A DNA stretch of 64,000 bases from Candidatus Poribacteria bacterium (lineage in GTDB: Bacteria > Poribacteria > WGA-4E > WGA-3G), in contig JAJECN010000035.1 of the NCBI GenBank assembly GCA_022821965.1, positions 7,470-71,469 on the forward strand, written 5' to 3'. Position 1 is the first letter of the stretch. The number at the start of each line of letters is the position of its first letter. The notes under the pieces were generated by a model that ran no database searches, was not told where the DNA came from, and worked only from the letters and a program-made list of their open reading frames with translations. This document shows positions 29,584 to 40,136 of this stretch, one piece after another. Made by a program: the position numbers and the translations under genes.

Positions 29584-31590
29584 TTGATGATGAAGAAATG
29601 TTTGTCTTTACCCCTTATTGCGTTGGCACTACTGGCGACGTTTATATTCGTTGGTTGCGGCGCGAAAGAGACACCCCCGACACCAGCTATCGCTGAAACA
29701 CCACTCGTACAAGAATCGGACGAGAGCCACGAGGAACGGGAAGCTGTAGAACAGAAATCGGAAGAAACACACGAAGAATTACACGCCGCTGAAGAGGAAA
29801 CGCATCGTGAAGCAGAACCTGAACAGATGATGCCGATAGCAGAGATTCCGAGCAGCAGTGTTTTGCATCTGATACCACAACAAACATTTGGGATTGTCTA
29901 TTGTCCGAGCTTGGCTGAATTAGACGATCGGGTTAATATGTTGGCAATGGACTTGATGCCAACCGCTGGAAATCCAGAGGTAATTGCCAAAATCTTGGCA
30001 GATACCTTCGGCGCAGGTTTTGAAAGTCTTGCCGAATTACAGGAAATTGGGCTGGATTTAGACCAAGATTTTGCAATCTTCATGACCTCCTTGACCCCAC
30101 CTGATATCTCCGCAACCGTACATCTAACAGATTCTGGAGCCATGAGACAGGTAATTGAGGCGGAAAGCGAAGGAACCCCCGCTACGGAATACAACGGCGT
30201 AAGCTATTGGAACGCGGCTGGAGGCGGTGGCAGCTTTGCTATCATAGATGACGTTCTCGTTTTCACTCGGTCTCCTGAGGTCTGCGAAAGCGTTATTGAT
30301 ACTTACAACGGAACGAAGCAGTCTATCACAACAGATTCGGCTTACAGTTCGTTTCTCGGTGATGTTTCAGAAGGGAAAGCGCAACTCGCGGTGCACTTTG
30401 ATTTTGCGTCAATTGCGCCTGCCTTGAGTATTTCGATTGAAGAGCAGTCGGAATCAATAAAGGACGGTCTTGAAAGCGATCCCGCCGCTATGGCGGCAGC
30501 ACCCTTTTTTGAGGGTATGTTCGCCACAGTGATAGACACGCTTATGCAGCTGGAATCTCTAAGCGCGACGCTCGTAGTGGAAGGAACCGATGTACAACTC
30601 TCACCGTTCCTGAAATTCAAGAGCGATGGTAAAATTCAAAACGTGTTAAAAGAGATGGCTCCTAATGAATTAACACGCCTCGGTGAACTCCCAAGTCGAG
30701 CGTTTATGAATGGTGCTTTTCAAGGTAAACCCGAGTTGATGGTTCAGATGAGCATGTTCTGGCTAAAAATATTTTCACAAGACGCTGACCCCGAACAGGC
30801 TAAGATGCTTGAGTCGCTTGTTAAACAGTCAGAGGATTTTTATGAGGCTCTCGCTGAGGAATGGAGTTTCTCCGCTAATTTTGGCGATAGTCTCTTCCCC
30901 GACTATTTAATTGTCTATGGACTGAAAGACGAACAGAAGGCGAAAACCTATATGGAAGAGGAATTACTTAAACAACTCCAAACCGCAATGGAATTCGCTG
31001 AAAAGATGATAGGAGATGTTCCCAGTCTCACCATGTACGAGGGCGCGTATCAAGGACACTCCACGATGCACAACGGCGTTGAGATCAAGAGTTACATCTT
31101 CCCTAACTTCGGTGCTGCCCTTGGAGAGATGCCGCCCGAAGCTGCTGGATTGATGCCTGATGAATGGCACTGGTACTATGCCTTTGCCAATGATCAATTG
31201 CTGATGGCTATCGGAAATCAGGAGTTAATAACGATGAGTCTGGATAACAAAGCAGGGATTGATACTGGACCTCGTTTCTCTGGAGAGCCAAGTTATGAAA
31301 AATTGGTCGCGACCTTGGGACTGGAAAATAACCTATTCTTAGCAATTTCGCCAATGACTATGGTTAAAGACCTCTTACCGATTATCGCGAAGATGTCAGA
31401 TCCAAATACTGCTGCGGGGATGCAAATGATGTCCGGAATGTTTATGAACATGCCGGAAAATTACAGCTTCGGTTTATCTGCCAAAGTGCAGGAGGGCGGA
31501 ATCGGCGCAACGCTGCTTCTCACGCTTGGGGACTTTAAGCAGCTTCTCCAAATGGTTGCAATGATGCAAAGCATGGGGCAGATGCAATAA
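29584..31590 (+). CDS. Large hypothetical lipoprotein
   Basis: Lipobox FVGC, acidic/His-rich linker and a long coding-like ORF. Confidence 0.75.
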   Translation: MMMKKCLSLPLIALALLATFIFVGCGAKETPPTPAIAETPLVQESDESHEEREAVEQKSEETHEELHAAEEETHREAEPEQMMPIAEIPSSSVLHLIPQQTFGIVYCPSLAELDDRVNMLAMDLMPTAGNPEVIAKILADTFGAGFESLAELQEIGLDLDQDFAIFMTSLTPPDISATVHLTDSGAMRQVIEAESEGTPATEYNGVSYWNAAGGGGSFAIIDDVLVFTRSPEVCESVIDTYNGTKQSITTDSAYSSFLGDVSEGKAQLAVHFDFASIAPALSISIEEQSESIKDGLESDPAAMAAAPFFEGMFATVIDTLMQLESLSATLVVEGTDVQLSPFLKFKSDGKIQNVLKEMAPNELTRLGELPSRAFMNGAFQGKPELMVQMSMFWLKIFSQDADPEQAKMLESLVKQSEDFYEALAEEWSFSANFGDSLFPDYLIVYGLKDEQKAKTYMEEELLKQLQTAMEFAEKMIGDVPSLTMYEGAYQGHSTMHNGVEIKSYIFPNFGAALGEMPPEAAGLMPDEWHWYYAFANDQLLMAIGNQELITMSLDNKAGIDTGPRFSGEPSYEKLVATLGLENNLFLAISPMTMVKDLLPIIAKMSDPNTAAGMQMMSGMFMNMPENYSFGLSAKVQEGGIGATLLLTLGDFKQLLQMVAMMQSMGQMQ

Positions 31591-31600
31591 ATGCGTTTCT

Positions 31601-31635
31601 AACTCGCTCACAATCTGATTGTGGGCGAGTTTTTT
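31601..31635 (+). terminator. Intrinsic terminator
   Basis: AACTCGCTCACAATC-t-GATTGTGGGCGAGTTTTTT. Confidence 0.8.
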
Positions 31636-32050
31636 ATCAGGATTAGTATAAAGACCGAAAATATGTTGACCTTCTGGTGAACAACAACCCCACAAATGCC
31701 GCTCCTTCGCTGGCGCGATTTGTAACTGGAGCCCACCCGTTACTGGGAAGCGGAAGGGCACTTATTTACAATGTTAAAGTAATAGCATTTTGATCGCATC
31801 CGTTCTACCTCGCCTACGCTACGATTTACAAGTTTTACAAGGACATTTATATATTTTTATTTTAATTAAAAAAAATATATCCTAACCTAACCGACGCTTA
31901 AACCCTGATACCCATTGACTTTATATCAATTTTAAAATTTGACCAAAAATGAGACTTTTGATAATATACATTTGTAACTTCTGTGAAAATGTGAAGTTTG
32001 TGAATGCCTTGTAATCAGTGGCAATCTATAGTTTTGACAATTTTCTGGCA

Positions 32051-32992
32051 TCAACTGAGAACGGTAAGCGAAGCGTGCCGAATATCATTTAACTCCTCGG
32101 CACTGAAGACACCCGCCTGATAGAGGTTACGATACTCTTCAGAAACGCTCTGACCGAATATCATTAGATCATCTGTGTTAATCGTCACCGGCACGCCGTT
32201 GTCAAACAAAACGCGGATAGGATGCGCGGCAAGCTCCGACACACCGTCCAACATCACATTGCTCGTTGGGCACACGTTCAACCGAATCTGATTCCCGGAA
32301 AGCCACTGCATGACTTCGGTCGATTCCGCGGCACCGATACCGTGTTGGACTTCGTCCAAGTCAAGAACTTTAACAGTTCGCCGAACCTCTTCTGCACCTC
32401 CGAACTCGCCAACATGTGCTTTCAGTTTCATTTCTGCGGCGCGCGCTTTGGCATATAAGGATTGGACAGCTTCAGGCGCGCACGCTTCTTGATGGCTATA
32501 CAGATCCATCGACTGAAATATGTCTAATTCTATTGCTTCGTGTGCCGATTTCATCCATTTTGGGTCATTCGCACACTCTCGTGCAAAGCCAAGTTCTGGG
32601 CGCAAATCAACCTTCTCTCGATACCGCTCAACTAACATTTCAATAAACGAACGAAGTTCAGTTAACCCATCCGGATAGAACTTAAGCAATCGGATGTCGA
32701 AACTCATCTCAAGCAGAACAACACCATCTTGGACCGCATCATCTATCGCCGAAGCAGCGATGAACTCAAAACCTTGGCGGTGTTCTAAGTGAGGTGCTAA
32801 GACCGCGTTCACGTATTCCATCATCCCCTCTAATCCTTTCATCTTGAGGGGCGGTTTGGTTAAAGGATAGCCCAGCCAACGTTCCGTATTTTCCCGGCGT
32901 GTGCTTAAGAAGGCGTGGGAATGAACGTCGGTTTTAGGGGCTGCCTTTATAGCCGTTAGATTATCTGTGGAAAGTGCTTTAACGAAATCCAT
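32051..32992 (-). CDS. Adenosine deaminase family protein, copy A
   Basis: PKTDVHSH, KAHVGE, QHG, CPTSN and INTDD motifs; start inferred by alignment with copy B. Confidence 0.9.
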   Translation of the reverse strand: MDFVKALSTDNLTAIKAAPKTDVHSHAFLSTRRENTERWLGYPLTKPPLKMKGLEGMMEYVNAVLAPHLEHRQGFEFIAASAIDDAVQDGVVLLEMSFDIRLLKFYPDGLTELRSFIEMLVERYREKVDLRPELGFARECANDPKWMKSAHEAIELDIFQSMDLYSHQEACAPEAVQSLYAKARAAEMKLKAHVGEFGGAEEVRRTVKVLDLDEVQHGIGAAESTEVMQWLSGNQIRLNVCPTSNVMLDGVSELAAHPIRVLFDNGVPVTINTDDLMIFGQSVSEEYRNLYQAGVFSAEELNDIRHASLTVLS

Positions 32993-33032
32993 ATATAGTC
33001 CGTAACTATACTCAACTTTGAATCTACATATT

Positions 33033-33521
33033 CTACGGTTTGTCCGATTTTTCCAGATTGATACAGAATATAGGAAGTTCACGGTTCGGAATACTTTCAG
33101 ACTTCCGTGTACCGACCAGCAACCCGCCCGCTGAGCGATAAAATCGTTCAGCGTTCGGATCCCCCTGAATAATCATTTTACTGTATCCAAGCTGCCGCGC
33201 TTCTTCTTGTGCATGCGTTATTAACTTTCGACCGTAGCCTTTTCCAATAAAATCCGGCTCAACAAATAGAAGACTCAACTCTACTTCGGCAGCAGAAATA
33301 CGTTCTAAGGAATAGAACCCTACAGCGTTTCTTGCCGCTTCAATCACAAAAGTAGGATTGTTCTCAATATAGCACTTGTCAATAGTGAGTTCCTCAAGGC
33401 ATGCCTGCATAAATCGGTCAGAATAACCCCAATATGACTTAGAACGGAAGGCAAGTCCGCTCAAGTGCTCAACTTCACTCGGTAAAGCTTGTCGAATTTG
33501 CCATTCCTGTGTGTTAAACAC
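33033..33521 (-). CDS. GNAT acetyltransferase
   Basis: LFVEPDFIGKGYGRKL and DPNAERFY motifs. Confidence 0.9.
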   Translation of the reverse strand: MFNTQEWQIRQALPSEVEHLSGLAFRSKSYWGYSDRFMQACLEELTIDKCYIENNPTFVIEAARNAVGFYSLERISAAEVELSLLFVEPDFIGKGYGRKLITHAQEEARQLGYSKMIIQGDPNAERFYRSAGGLLVGTRKSESIPNRELPIFCINLEKSDKP

Positions 33522-33524
33522 AGT

Positions 33525-34514
33525 TTATTTCTCCTTTATGTAAGGACGAGGTAACCTCGCCCCTACAGTCGCGAGGGATGCCCGCCGAATATCCTCTAAT
33601 TCTTCGGCGCTGAAAACATCCGCTTGGTAGAGGTTCCGATACTCTTCAGAAACGCTCTGACCGAATATCATCAGGTCGTCTGTGTTAATCGTCACCGGCA
33701 CGCCATTGTCAAACAAGACGCGGATAGGATGCGCGGCAAGCTCCGACACACCGTCCAGCATCACGTTGCTCGTTGGACACACATTCAACTGAATCTGATG
33801 CTCCGAAAGCCACCGCATGATTTCAACCGATTCCGCGGCAGCGATACCGTGTTGGACCTCGTCCAAATCAAGGACTTCGACTGTCCGTCGGATTTCCTCA
33901 GCGTCTTCAAATTCTCCGACATGTGCTTTCAGTTTCATTCCGGCTGCGCGTGCTTTTGTAAACAACGGTTTCATAACCTCTGGCGGACACACCTCTTGAC
34001 GGCTATACAAATCAATCGACTGGAAAAAACCTAATTCCACCGTTTCGTGTGCTAACGCCATCAGTTTTGGGTCGTCAGCACACCCACGTGAAAAGCCCAA
34101 TTCTGGACGCAAATCCACCTGTGCCTTATACCGCTCAACCAACGCTTCAATAAACGCGCAAAGCTCCTTTATCCCATTGGGATAGAACTCCGCCAGTCGG
34201 ATGTCAAAACTCATTTCAAGCAGAACAACACCATCTTGAACCGCATCGTCCATCGCCGCCCCTGCAACGAACTCGAAACCTTCTCGATGTTTGATGTGAG
34301 GTGCTAAAACCGCGTCGGCGTATGCCATCATCCCCTCAACCCCTTTCATTTTAAGAGGCGGTTCGGTTAGGGAATGCCCCACCCAACGTTCCACACTCTC
34401 TCGTCGTGCACTGAAGAACGCATGGCAGTGAACGTCAGTTTTAGGAGATGCTTTTATAGCCGTTAAGTTATCTGTGGAGAGTGCTTCAATGAAATCAATA
34501 GACATAATACCCAA
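33525..34514 (-). CDS. Adenosine deaminase family protein, copy B
   Basis: PKTDVHCH, KAHVGE, CPTSN and INTDD motifs. Confidence 0.9.
   Translation of the reverse strand: MGIMSIDFIEALSTDNLTAIKASPKTDVHCHAFFSARRESVERWVGHSLTEPPLKMKGVEGMMAYADAVLAPHIKHREGFEFVAGAAMDDAVQDGVVLLEMSFDIRLAEFYPNGIKELCAFIEALVERYKAQVDLRPELGFSRGCADDPKLMALAHETVELGFFQSIDLYSRQEVCPPEVMKPLFTKARAAGMKLKAHVGEFEDAEEIRRTVEVLDLDEVQHGIAAAESVEIMRWLSEHQIQLNVCPTSNVMLDGVSELAAHPIRVLFDNGVPVTINTDDLMIFGQSVSEEYRNLYQADVFSAEELEDIRRASLATVGARLPRPYIKEK
33540..33567 (-). repeat. REP inside the 3' end of deaminase copy B
   Basis: GTAAGGACGAGGTAACCTCGCCCCTACA is nearly identical to 48813-48840. Confidence 0.75.
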
Positions 34515-34589
34515 TTATACTCTACTGGTGGATGGGGCGAGGTTAGGAAATCTCGCCAGAAAAAGGACGTGAATTTACATGCTCAAACC

Positions 34590-34614
34590 ATGGCACACGG
34601 CGTGTGCCTGCTAC
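34590..34614 (-). repeat. GTAG REP
   Basis: The minus strand reads GTAGCAGGCACACGCCGTGTGCCAT directly after a stop codon. Confidence 0.65.
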
Positions 34615-34615
34615 T

Positions 34616-35242
34616 TTAAAGATGGGCGATGTCGCCCCGCCTTGTATATTCGATGACACGCAGGTATTCACCGTACACGCGACCTCTCGATACTTCGTGC
34701 TGATACCAATCTTCTTTGGATATTTTGACACCTTCATATTCAGCAAGATATGTGACAGGCGAAAGTATTTGAGAAGGGAAGAATTTCCGCAAGGTTCGCA
34801 GGCAGCGACCGCTATGGTGCGCCTTGCATAGAAATGCGATACTATCGGGTGAAATGCTATACTTTTCTAAGACATCAAGGCTGAAGGTAACATCCTCAAG
34901 CGTGTTCGTTGATCTGTCCTGAACGAGGATTACCTCTGATGGAACACCGCGGGCTATGAGTTCATCACGCATTATATGTGCTACAGGTTTGCCTGTTTCG
35001 GAATAGAGTCGTCCACTCAAACCGGTGACCATGACTTTTGGAAAGCGACCTTTTTGATAATCACGCGCCACAGATTCTAAAATTTCATTATCAATAGTGG
35101 AAGTCCCAAAGATAAAAAGGAGATCAACTGGTTGGGACTCAGGCGCGACAAACACGGTTTGCGTGATGCGCTCAATCTCCTCTGGTGACAAATTTTCCAC
35201 CGCAACTTCTCTCGGAATGGAACGATTCTTGAAATCACTCAT
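34616..35242 (-). CDS. YdcF/DUF218 family protein
   Basis: ARGVPSEVILVQDRSTNTLED and HHSGR motifs. Confidence 0.85.
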   Translation of the reverse strand: MSDFKNRSIPREVAVENLSPEEIERITQTVFVAPESQPVDLLFIFGTSTIDNEILESVARDYQKGRFPKVMVTGLSGRLYSETGKPVAHIMRDELIARGVPSEVILVQDRSTNTLEDVTFSLDVLEKYSISPDSIAFLCKAHHSGRCLRTLRKFFPSQILSPVTYLAEYEGVKISKEDWYQHEVSRGRVYGEYLRVIEYTRRGDIAHL

Positions 35243-35695
35243 CTACTCACTCAATTTAGGTAACTTTTCCATCTGGAAGTATATCGAATCTTCACCGACG
35301 ATTGTGAATCCCAACCGTTCATAGAGGTCAATACCACGGGTATTGACCTTTAGGACTTGAAGCTCCACAGATCTCTGCTCAAGGTTGGCATTATCAATAA
35401 TACGGGTCATGCACGCGGAACCGATGCCTCTCCCCTGATATTCAGGAAGAATAAAGATCTGATTGACTTTGAGCGTGTCGGAAGTAGAAGATGTTATGAA
35501 GAAACCGACATCAGTTTCACAAAATTGGATAATGTGAAAATCGTGCGAAGCGAACTCTTTATTATGTCGTTCCCATTGATAATTATCATCCCAACCCCAG
35601 ACCTGTTCTACATACTCCCTATATGCCGCCTTCTTTACCGTAAAAATGAATTCGCTGTCGCTGGCACGTGCCTTGCGAATACTCAACGCCTCCAC
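35243..35695 (-). CDS. GNAT acetyltransferase
   Basis: ILPEYQGRGIGS and LYERLGF motifs. Confidence 0.9.
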   Translation of the reverse strand: MEALSIRKARASDSEFIFTVKKAAYREYVEQVWGWDDNYQWERHNKEFASHDFHIIQFCETDVGFFITSSTSDTLKVNQIFILPEYQGRGIGSACMTRIIDNANLEQRSVELQVLKVNTRGIDLYERLGFTIVGEDSIYFQMEKLPKLSE

Positions 35696-35718
35696 AGTAA
35701 AACCCCCACCTTCTTTCC

Positions 35719-36492
35719 CTACATTTCTTTCTTCGCAACAACGGCAAAACTTACATTGTAAGCCATTTCATGTGCCCAACTTCCCGGTGTAGCCTCAATA
35801 TCTGGCTGCGTCCAAGCACGTTCCTCAACCCGCTCAATCCGAAAATCGTTGTCCACAAGTCCATTGAATATATCACTCAAATAGTGTCGAAAATCAAATG
35901 CACCGTCTGAATACCTGAAAACACGTTCAGAATAAGGTTCGGTGACGCGATAGTATTCACCATCCCATTCCCAAAAATGATTGGCAGGATTGCCGAAATC
36001 TACACGATAGTGACCACCGGGGCGGATGATTCTCGACACGCCTCTATAGATTTCATGAACGGATGGCACCCAACTCATCGAAGGTCCTTGATAGACGAGG
36101 TCATACGAAGCCTCTTCAATTGCGGACAAATCCCGGATGTTGGCGCAAATTGTCTCGACTGGATAGCCATAATGCTTCGCAGCAGTAATATCTCCGTCAA
36201 GCTGACCCTGCGTAAAGTCAATAACGGTTACACGGGCATCAAGCAAACCGAACACCGCAGACTGCTGTCCGCCGCCTGCAGCGAGACACAGCACGTCCTT
36301 GTCGGCAACGTCTCTGAGTAGGTAAGCAGGGTAGATTTGATAGAGGTGATACGGGACTGGATCGAGCTGATCCTCAGCATATCTCAGAATATCGTCTTTA
36401 TCAAGGTCAAGCCACGGCACGGTAAAGCCGTTCTTTTTCACGACTTCGGCTTCCCAATGTGTTCGATTAGCAATCGTGATTTCGTCATTCAT
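35719..36492 (-). CDS. Class I SAM-dependent methyltransferase
   Basis: VLCLAAGGGQQ and IIRPGG motifs; ATGA overlap with the upstream gene. Confidence 0.9.
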   Translation of the reverse strand: MNDEITIANRTHWEAEVVKKNGFTVPWLDLDKDDILRYAEDQLDPVPYHLYQIYPAYLLRDVADKDVLCLAAGGGQQSAVFGLLDARVTVIDFTQGQLDGDITAAKHYGYPVETICANIRDLSAIEEASYDLVYQGPSMSWVPSVHEIYRGVSRIIRPGGHYRVDFGNPANHFWEWDGEYYRVTEPYSERVFRYSDGAFDFRHYLSDIFNGLVDNDFRIERVEERAWTQPDIEATPGSWAHEMAYNVSFAVVAKKEM

Positions 36493-37655
36493 ACCGTCAC
36501 ACTTTCTATCCATGCCTCATCAATTTCGAGACCGAAACCGGGGGCATCCGATGGCGCGACATAGCCATCTTTGATGACAGAAGTACCGGGCAACTTGACC
36601 ATCTCTTCAAGGGGTACACCGGGGGAAGAAACGCCTTCAGAACGTTCACCCCACGTGATGGCTGGCATGGCAAATGCAAGATGCTGACCGTAGGGATAGT
36701 TCATGCCGCCGTGCGTAATCACGTTAATCCCACTTGCCTCAGCGATGTGACAGATTTTCGCCGCCGATGTAATACCGCCACACCACAAGACATCTGGCTG
36801 GAAGATGTCAACCAATCGTCGTCCTGCCGCCTCCGCAAAGACGGTTGGCAGATACCAGTGTTCCCCTGTCGCAAGCGTTTGCCAAGGGAGGCGTTGACGC
36901 ACCGTCTCGTAGCCAACAAAATCATCGGCACGGATGTAGTCCTCCATCCACTTCAACCCGTAAGGCTTCATCGTTTCACAGACGCGCACCGTATGCTCTA
37001 TGTCAAAACCGGTCCAGGCATCCAACATCAAGTCAACCTTATCACCAATCGCTTCCCGTGTCGTTGCTACCAATTCTTCGAGTTTACCTAAGCCTTCCTT
37101 CCCTTGCTCTGGACCCCACGGTGTGAAGAGTTTTGTGGCTTTGAATCCAAGCTCCATATACCATTCCTGATCGAAACCGGAGGCGTAGCAGAAAATCTTT
37201 TCTTTTTGCGGTCCACCGAGGAGTTCATAGACAGGTCTCTTCAGAATTTTTCCCTTGAGGTCCCAGAGGGCGCAATCAACCGCACTGATGGCGTAACTCG
37301 TCAAGCCGGTCGCGCCAAAGGCGGCTGACAATCGCACCATCATGTCCCACAATTTCTCAGTTGCCATGCAATTTTCGCCAACGAGAAAGGGGGCAAAGTG
37401 GTCTGAGATGATTCGGGTTACGGGACCACCGTAAAGCGAGATACCGAAACCCCAGGTCCCATCTTCTGCCGTTATAATGCATGCCGGACGTTTCCATTCT
37501 GAATAGGAGACATGTCCCTCTTTTCTGTTGAATGACGGATAACGCGTAATGGGTCGGTTCAACTGATATGTTCTGGATCGACTCGGTGTGCGCGGCGTTG
37601 TCGTCGGTTTTGGGTTTAGCTCAATTTCTACGACGCGGATATCTTTAATCTTCAT
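36489..37655 (-). CDS. Mandelate racemase/enolase superfamily dehydratase (L-rhamnonate dehydratase-like)
   Basis: ISAVDCALWDLKGK, LMLD, WMED, TGEH, QPDV and PGFG motifs. Confidence 0.88.
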   Translation of the reverse strand: MKIKDIRVVEIELNPKPTTTPRTPSRSRTYQLNRPITRYPSFNRKEGHVSYSEWKRPACIITAEDGTWGFGISLYGGPVTRIISDHFAPFLVGENCMATEKLWDMMVRLSAAFGATGLTSYAISAVDCALWDLKGKILKRPVYELLGGPQKEKIFCYASGFDQEWYMELGFKATKLFTPWGPEQGKEGLGKLEELVATTREAIGDKVDLMLDAWTGFDIEHTVRVCETMKPYGLKWMEDYIRADDFVGYETVRQRLPWQTLATGEHWYLPTVFAEAAGRRLVDIFQPDVLWCGGITSAAKICHIAEASGINVITHGGMNYPYGQHLAFAMPAITWGERSEGVSSPGVPLEEMVKLPGTSVIKDGYVAPSDAPGFGLEIDEAWIESVTV

Positions 37656-37724
37656 ACAATTCCTCTTCTGTAACCAATATGATGAATTATCAAAATAGGT
37701 AGACCTTTGAATGCGCAATAATCA

Positions 37725-38018
37725 CTAAGACACTTCGCTGTTCCTGCCGATGGAGGGGCCCCGCCCCAATATAGCGAGTTCATCACGAAAACGTTTCTCA
37801 CTGGCGGCGAGCAAATCTTCGATGACTTTCTTCGTACTCCCACCTTCCGCAACAAGGGTTTCCATCTGCTCTACTGCGAAAGTTTGAACATGGCTAAAAC
37901 AATTCTTAGTAGACTTGTCAAGATGATTCCCAATGTTTAAACTCAGCACCAACAAAAGTGCTCTTTCCAATTTTTCGATGCGCTCGTCACGCGCTTTTAG
38001 TTCTTCCAATATATCCAT
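37725..38018 (-). CDS. Small hypothetical protein
   Basis: Coiled-coil N-terminus MDILEELKARDERIEKLE; start inferred. Confidence 0.5.
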   Translation of the reverse strand: MDILEELKARDERIEKLERALLLVLSLNIGNHLDKSTKNCFSHVQTFAVEQMETLVAEGGSTKKVIEDLLAASEKRFRDELAILGRGPSIGRNSEVS

Positions 38019-38216
38019 TTGGTTTTCAAGCTCCAGTCCTTTTATCCCCCTGCTATATACGGTGGGAGAGTGGTAGAAGAGAGTGTAGGGTTTTCGTGGC
38101 GTTACCACCCAAAACTGGGTTTACAGAGTATATCACGAGCGGGGAAAAGATGCAATATTTTCCCATAGATTTTATAGATTGGGACAGTCAGACCTATGTT
38201 GTTTAGGCTAATCAGG

Positions 38217-39104
38217 TCAATTAGGATTGATCTTCGAGTTCTTTATTCGTTGGTAGGCGCGTCCAATTTCAAAAACGAGAAGTCCAAACTTGATCTTCTC
38301 TATAATCGTAGTATCGTCTGTCTGATAGTACTTCAGAACCGCATCAATTACCTTTTTGGCAACAATACCATCAGGCGGCAAATCTGAATACATCTCTATA
38401 GCAAACTCAGATAAATCTATAGCTGGATCGTGGAGCAAGGCATCAGCGAAATCAATAATGGTGAGTTGTTCAAGATTCTTTTGTACAAAAAACAGATGGT
38501 TTATCTGGAGATCAGTGTGAACGACAGCCCATCTCTGGTCTAAGGATTCCTGCAGATTTTCCAACTTTTCACTCCATTGATGTATATCGATTTCTACGGT
38601 ATCTTCTGCGATAAATGCAAGTTTTTGCCTTGTGTCACGGATTGCCATTGCGAAAGGATCAGCAGCGTGTGGGATATAGTCTAAGACCTCATCTGGAAAT
38701 TTGTGCCTGTGTAGAAAGGTGAGAGAAGTACCGAGAGATTTGCCAAAGGATTCTAATTCTCCAGCGGTAAATCCTTCAAGTGCTTCTATGGGTAGTGAAG
38801 CACCATTGATTTTTGAAAACATCGCATAGAATCCGCTTTCGTGTACCATGATCGGCTTTGCTACAGTGAAAGGCATCGATAATGTGTGTAGGTATTCTGT
38901 GATTTTAAATTCTTTTAGAAGCAGGGGTCGGTAGGCGTTGCGCGCAACTTTGAGGATAGCATTGTCGCGGTAGTAGAAGGTAAAATTATCACCACCGCGG
39001 TGGCGGTTGGAGATAGGTTTTAGATTTTCAATGGATATATCTGCAGCGAATTTTTTAAGAAAATCACACACGTTCTCTGCTGTAATCTCAGTTGTTTGAT
39101 CCAT
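38217..39104 (-). CDS. Aminoglycoside phosphotransferase-like kinase
   Basis: ILKV, VVHTDLQINH, IIDFAD and DPAIDL motifs. Confidence 0.85.
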   Translation of the reverse strand: MDQTTEITAENVCDFLKKFAADISIENLKPISNRHRGGDNFTFYYRDNAILKVARNAYRPLLLKEFKITEYLHTLSMPFTVAKPIMVHESGFYAMFSKINGASLPIEALEGFTAGELESFGKSLGTSLTFLHRHKFPDEVLDYIPHAADPFAMAIRDTRQKLAFIAEDTVEIDIHQWSEKLENLQESLDQRWAVVHTDLQINHLFFVQKNLEQLTIIDFADALLHDPAIDLSEFAIEMYSDLPPDGIVAKKVIDAVLKYYQTDDTTIIEKIKFGLLVFEIGRAYQRIKNSKINPN

Positions 39105-39184
39105 TGGAATATCTCTATATCAGGTAAGTTGAGAACGATTGTTAAGAGCGCGCTTGAATACAGTTAACCTTTTGTGTCTATCAA

Positions 39185-40108
39185 TTAGAGTTCGGCTCTT
39201 TTGATGTTTCCAAAGATGCGCTCCAACACTGTTTGAACTTCCTGATGTTGCTTGTCCCCGTGCGAAACAGCAGGCGTTCGGAGGCGAGGGTTGGGATAAA
39301 GACCGTGAAGATGGAGTGCTGATTTGATACTCGGTAACCACTCTAATCTTGTTGCCACCTCGAGCCAAGGCTCCTCATAGCGAAACACAATCTCACGTGC
39401 TTCATCGTTGCGTCCTGTGGTTAGAGCGTTGTAAAATTTCAGCGCAATGTCGGGTCGAAAAGGAGCGATGGTACAAAGATACGCCGTTGAGCCGATCGGG
39501 TAGCCGAACATGAAATTACGCATCTGTCCACCACTGATGACTGCAAAATTTTCGTTGGCAGTCGCGCGAATGATGTCATAGTAGGCGTAGAAGGGATGAC
39601 CGTCGTTTTTGATGCCTGCGATTTCTGGACGTTTTGCCAACTCTGTAACGATGTCCACAGGATAAGGGTCTTGCCATGCTCCCCAAACCAACAAAGGTAT
39701 CGGTGCGGCATCCCGAACACTATTAAAGTAGCCAACAATGACCTCGCGTTTCACGCCTAATCCGGGATGAATTTGGACCTTGACAGCGTCCACTCCCGCA
39801 CCATCACAGTGTTTCAAAAATTGTCGGCACTGCCCTGGATGCCACCATCCCGTTGAAGCGATAAACAATGAACGACCTGATATTTCTTCTGCCAGTTCTG
39901 AGGTCAATCGCCAAATTTCCTCATCCGTTAGGCTGCAAAACTCGCTACTGCCATACGTGAGGAGAATCACTGGAACGTTCTGCTCGCACAACCAGTTGAC
40001 ATACTTCCGCATTGCACCGACATCCAGTGAGTCGTCATTACCAAAGCAGGTATTTACCGGCACGACGGGACCTTTTAGACGTTCCACTACATGAATCGCT
40101 TGCTCCAT
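39185..40108 (-). CDS. DHDPS/class I aldolase family protein
   Basis: GSSEFCSLTDEE and IAGIK (Schiff-base Lys) motifs. Confidence 0.85.
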   Translation of the reverse strand: MEQAIHVVERLKGPVVPVNTCFGNDDSLDVGAMRKYVNWLCEQNVPVILLTYGSSEFCSLTDEEIWRLTSELAEEISGRSLFIASTGWWHPGQCRQFLKHCDGAGVDAVKVQIHPGLGVKREVIVGYFNSVRDAAPIPLLVWGAWQDPYPVDIVTELAKRPEIAGIKNDGHPFYAYYDIIRATANENFAVISGGQMRNFMFGYPIGSTAYLCTIAPFRPDIALKFYNALTTGRNDEAREIVFRYEEPWLEVATRLEWLPSIKSALHLHGLYPNPRLRTPAVSHGDKQHQEVQTVLERIFGNIKRAEL

Positions 40109-40136
40109 AAGGCTTCCTCCCTCAAATAGGTAAGTG

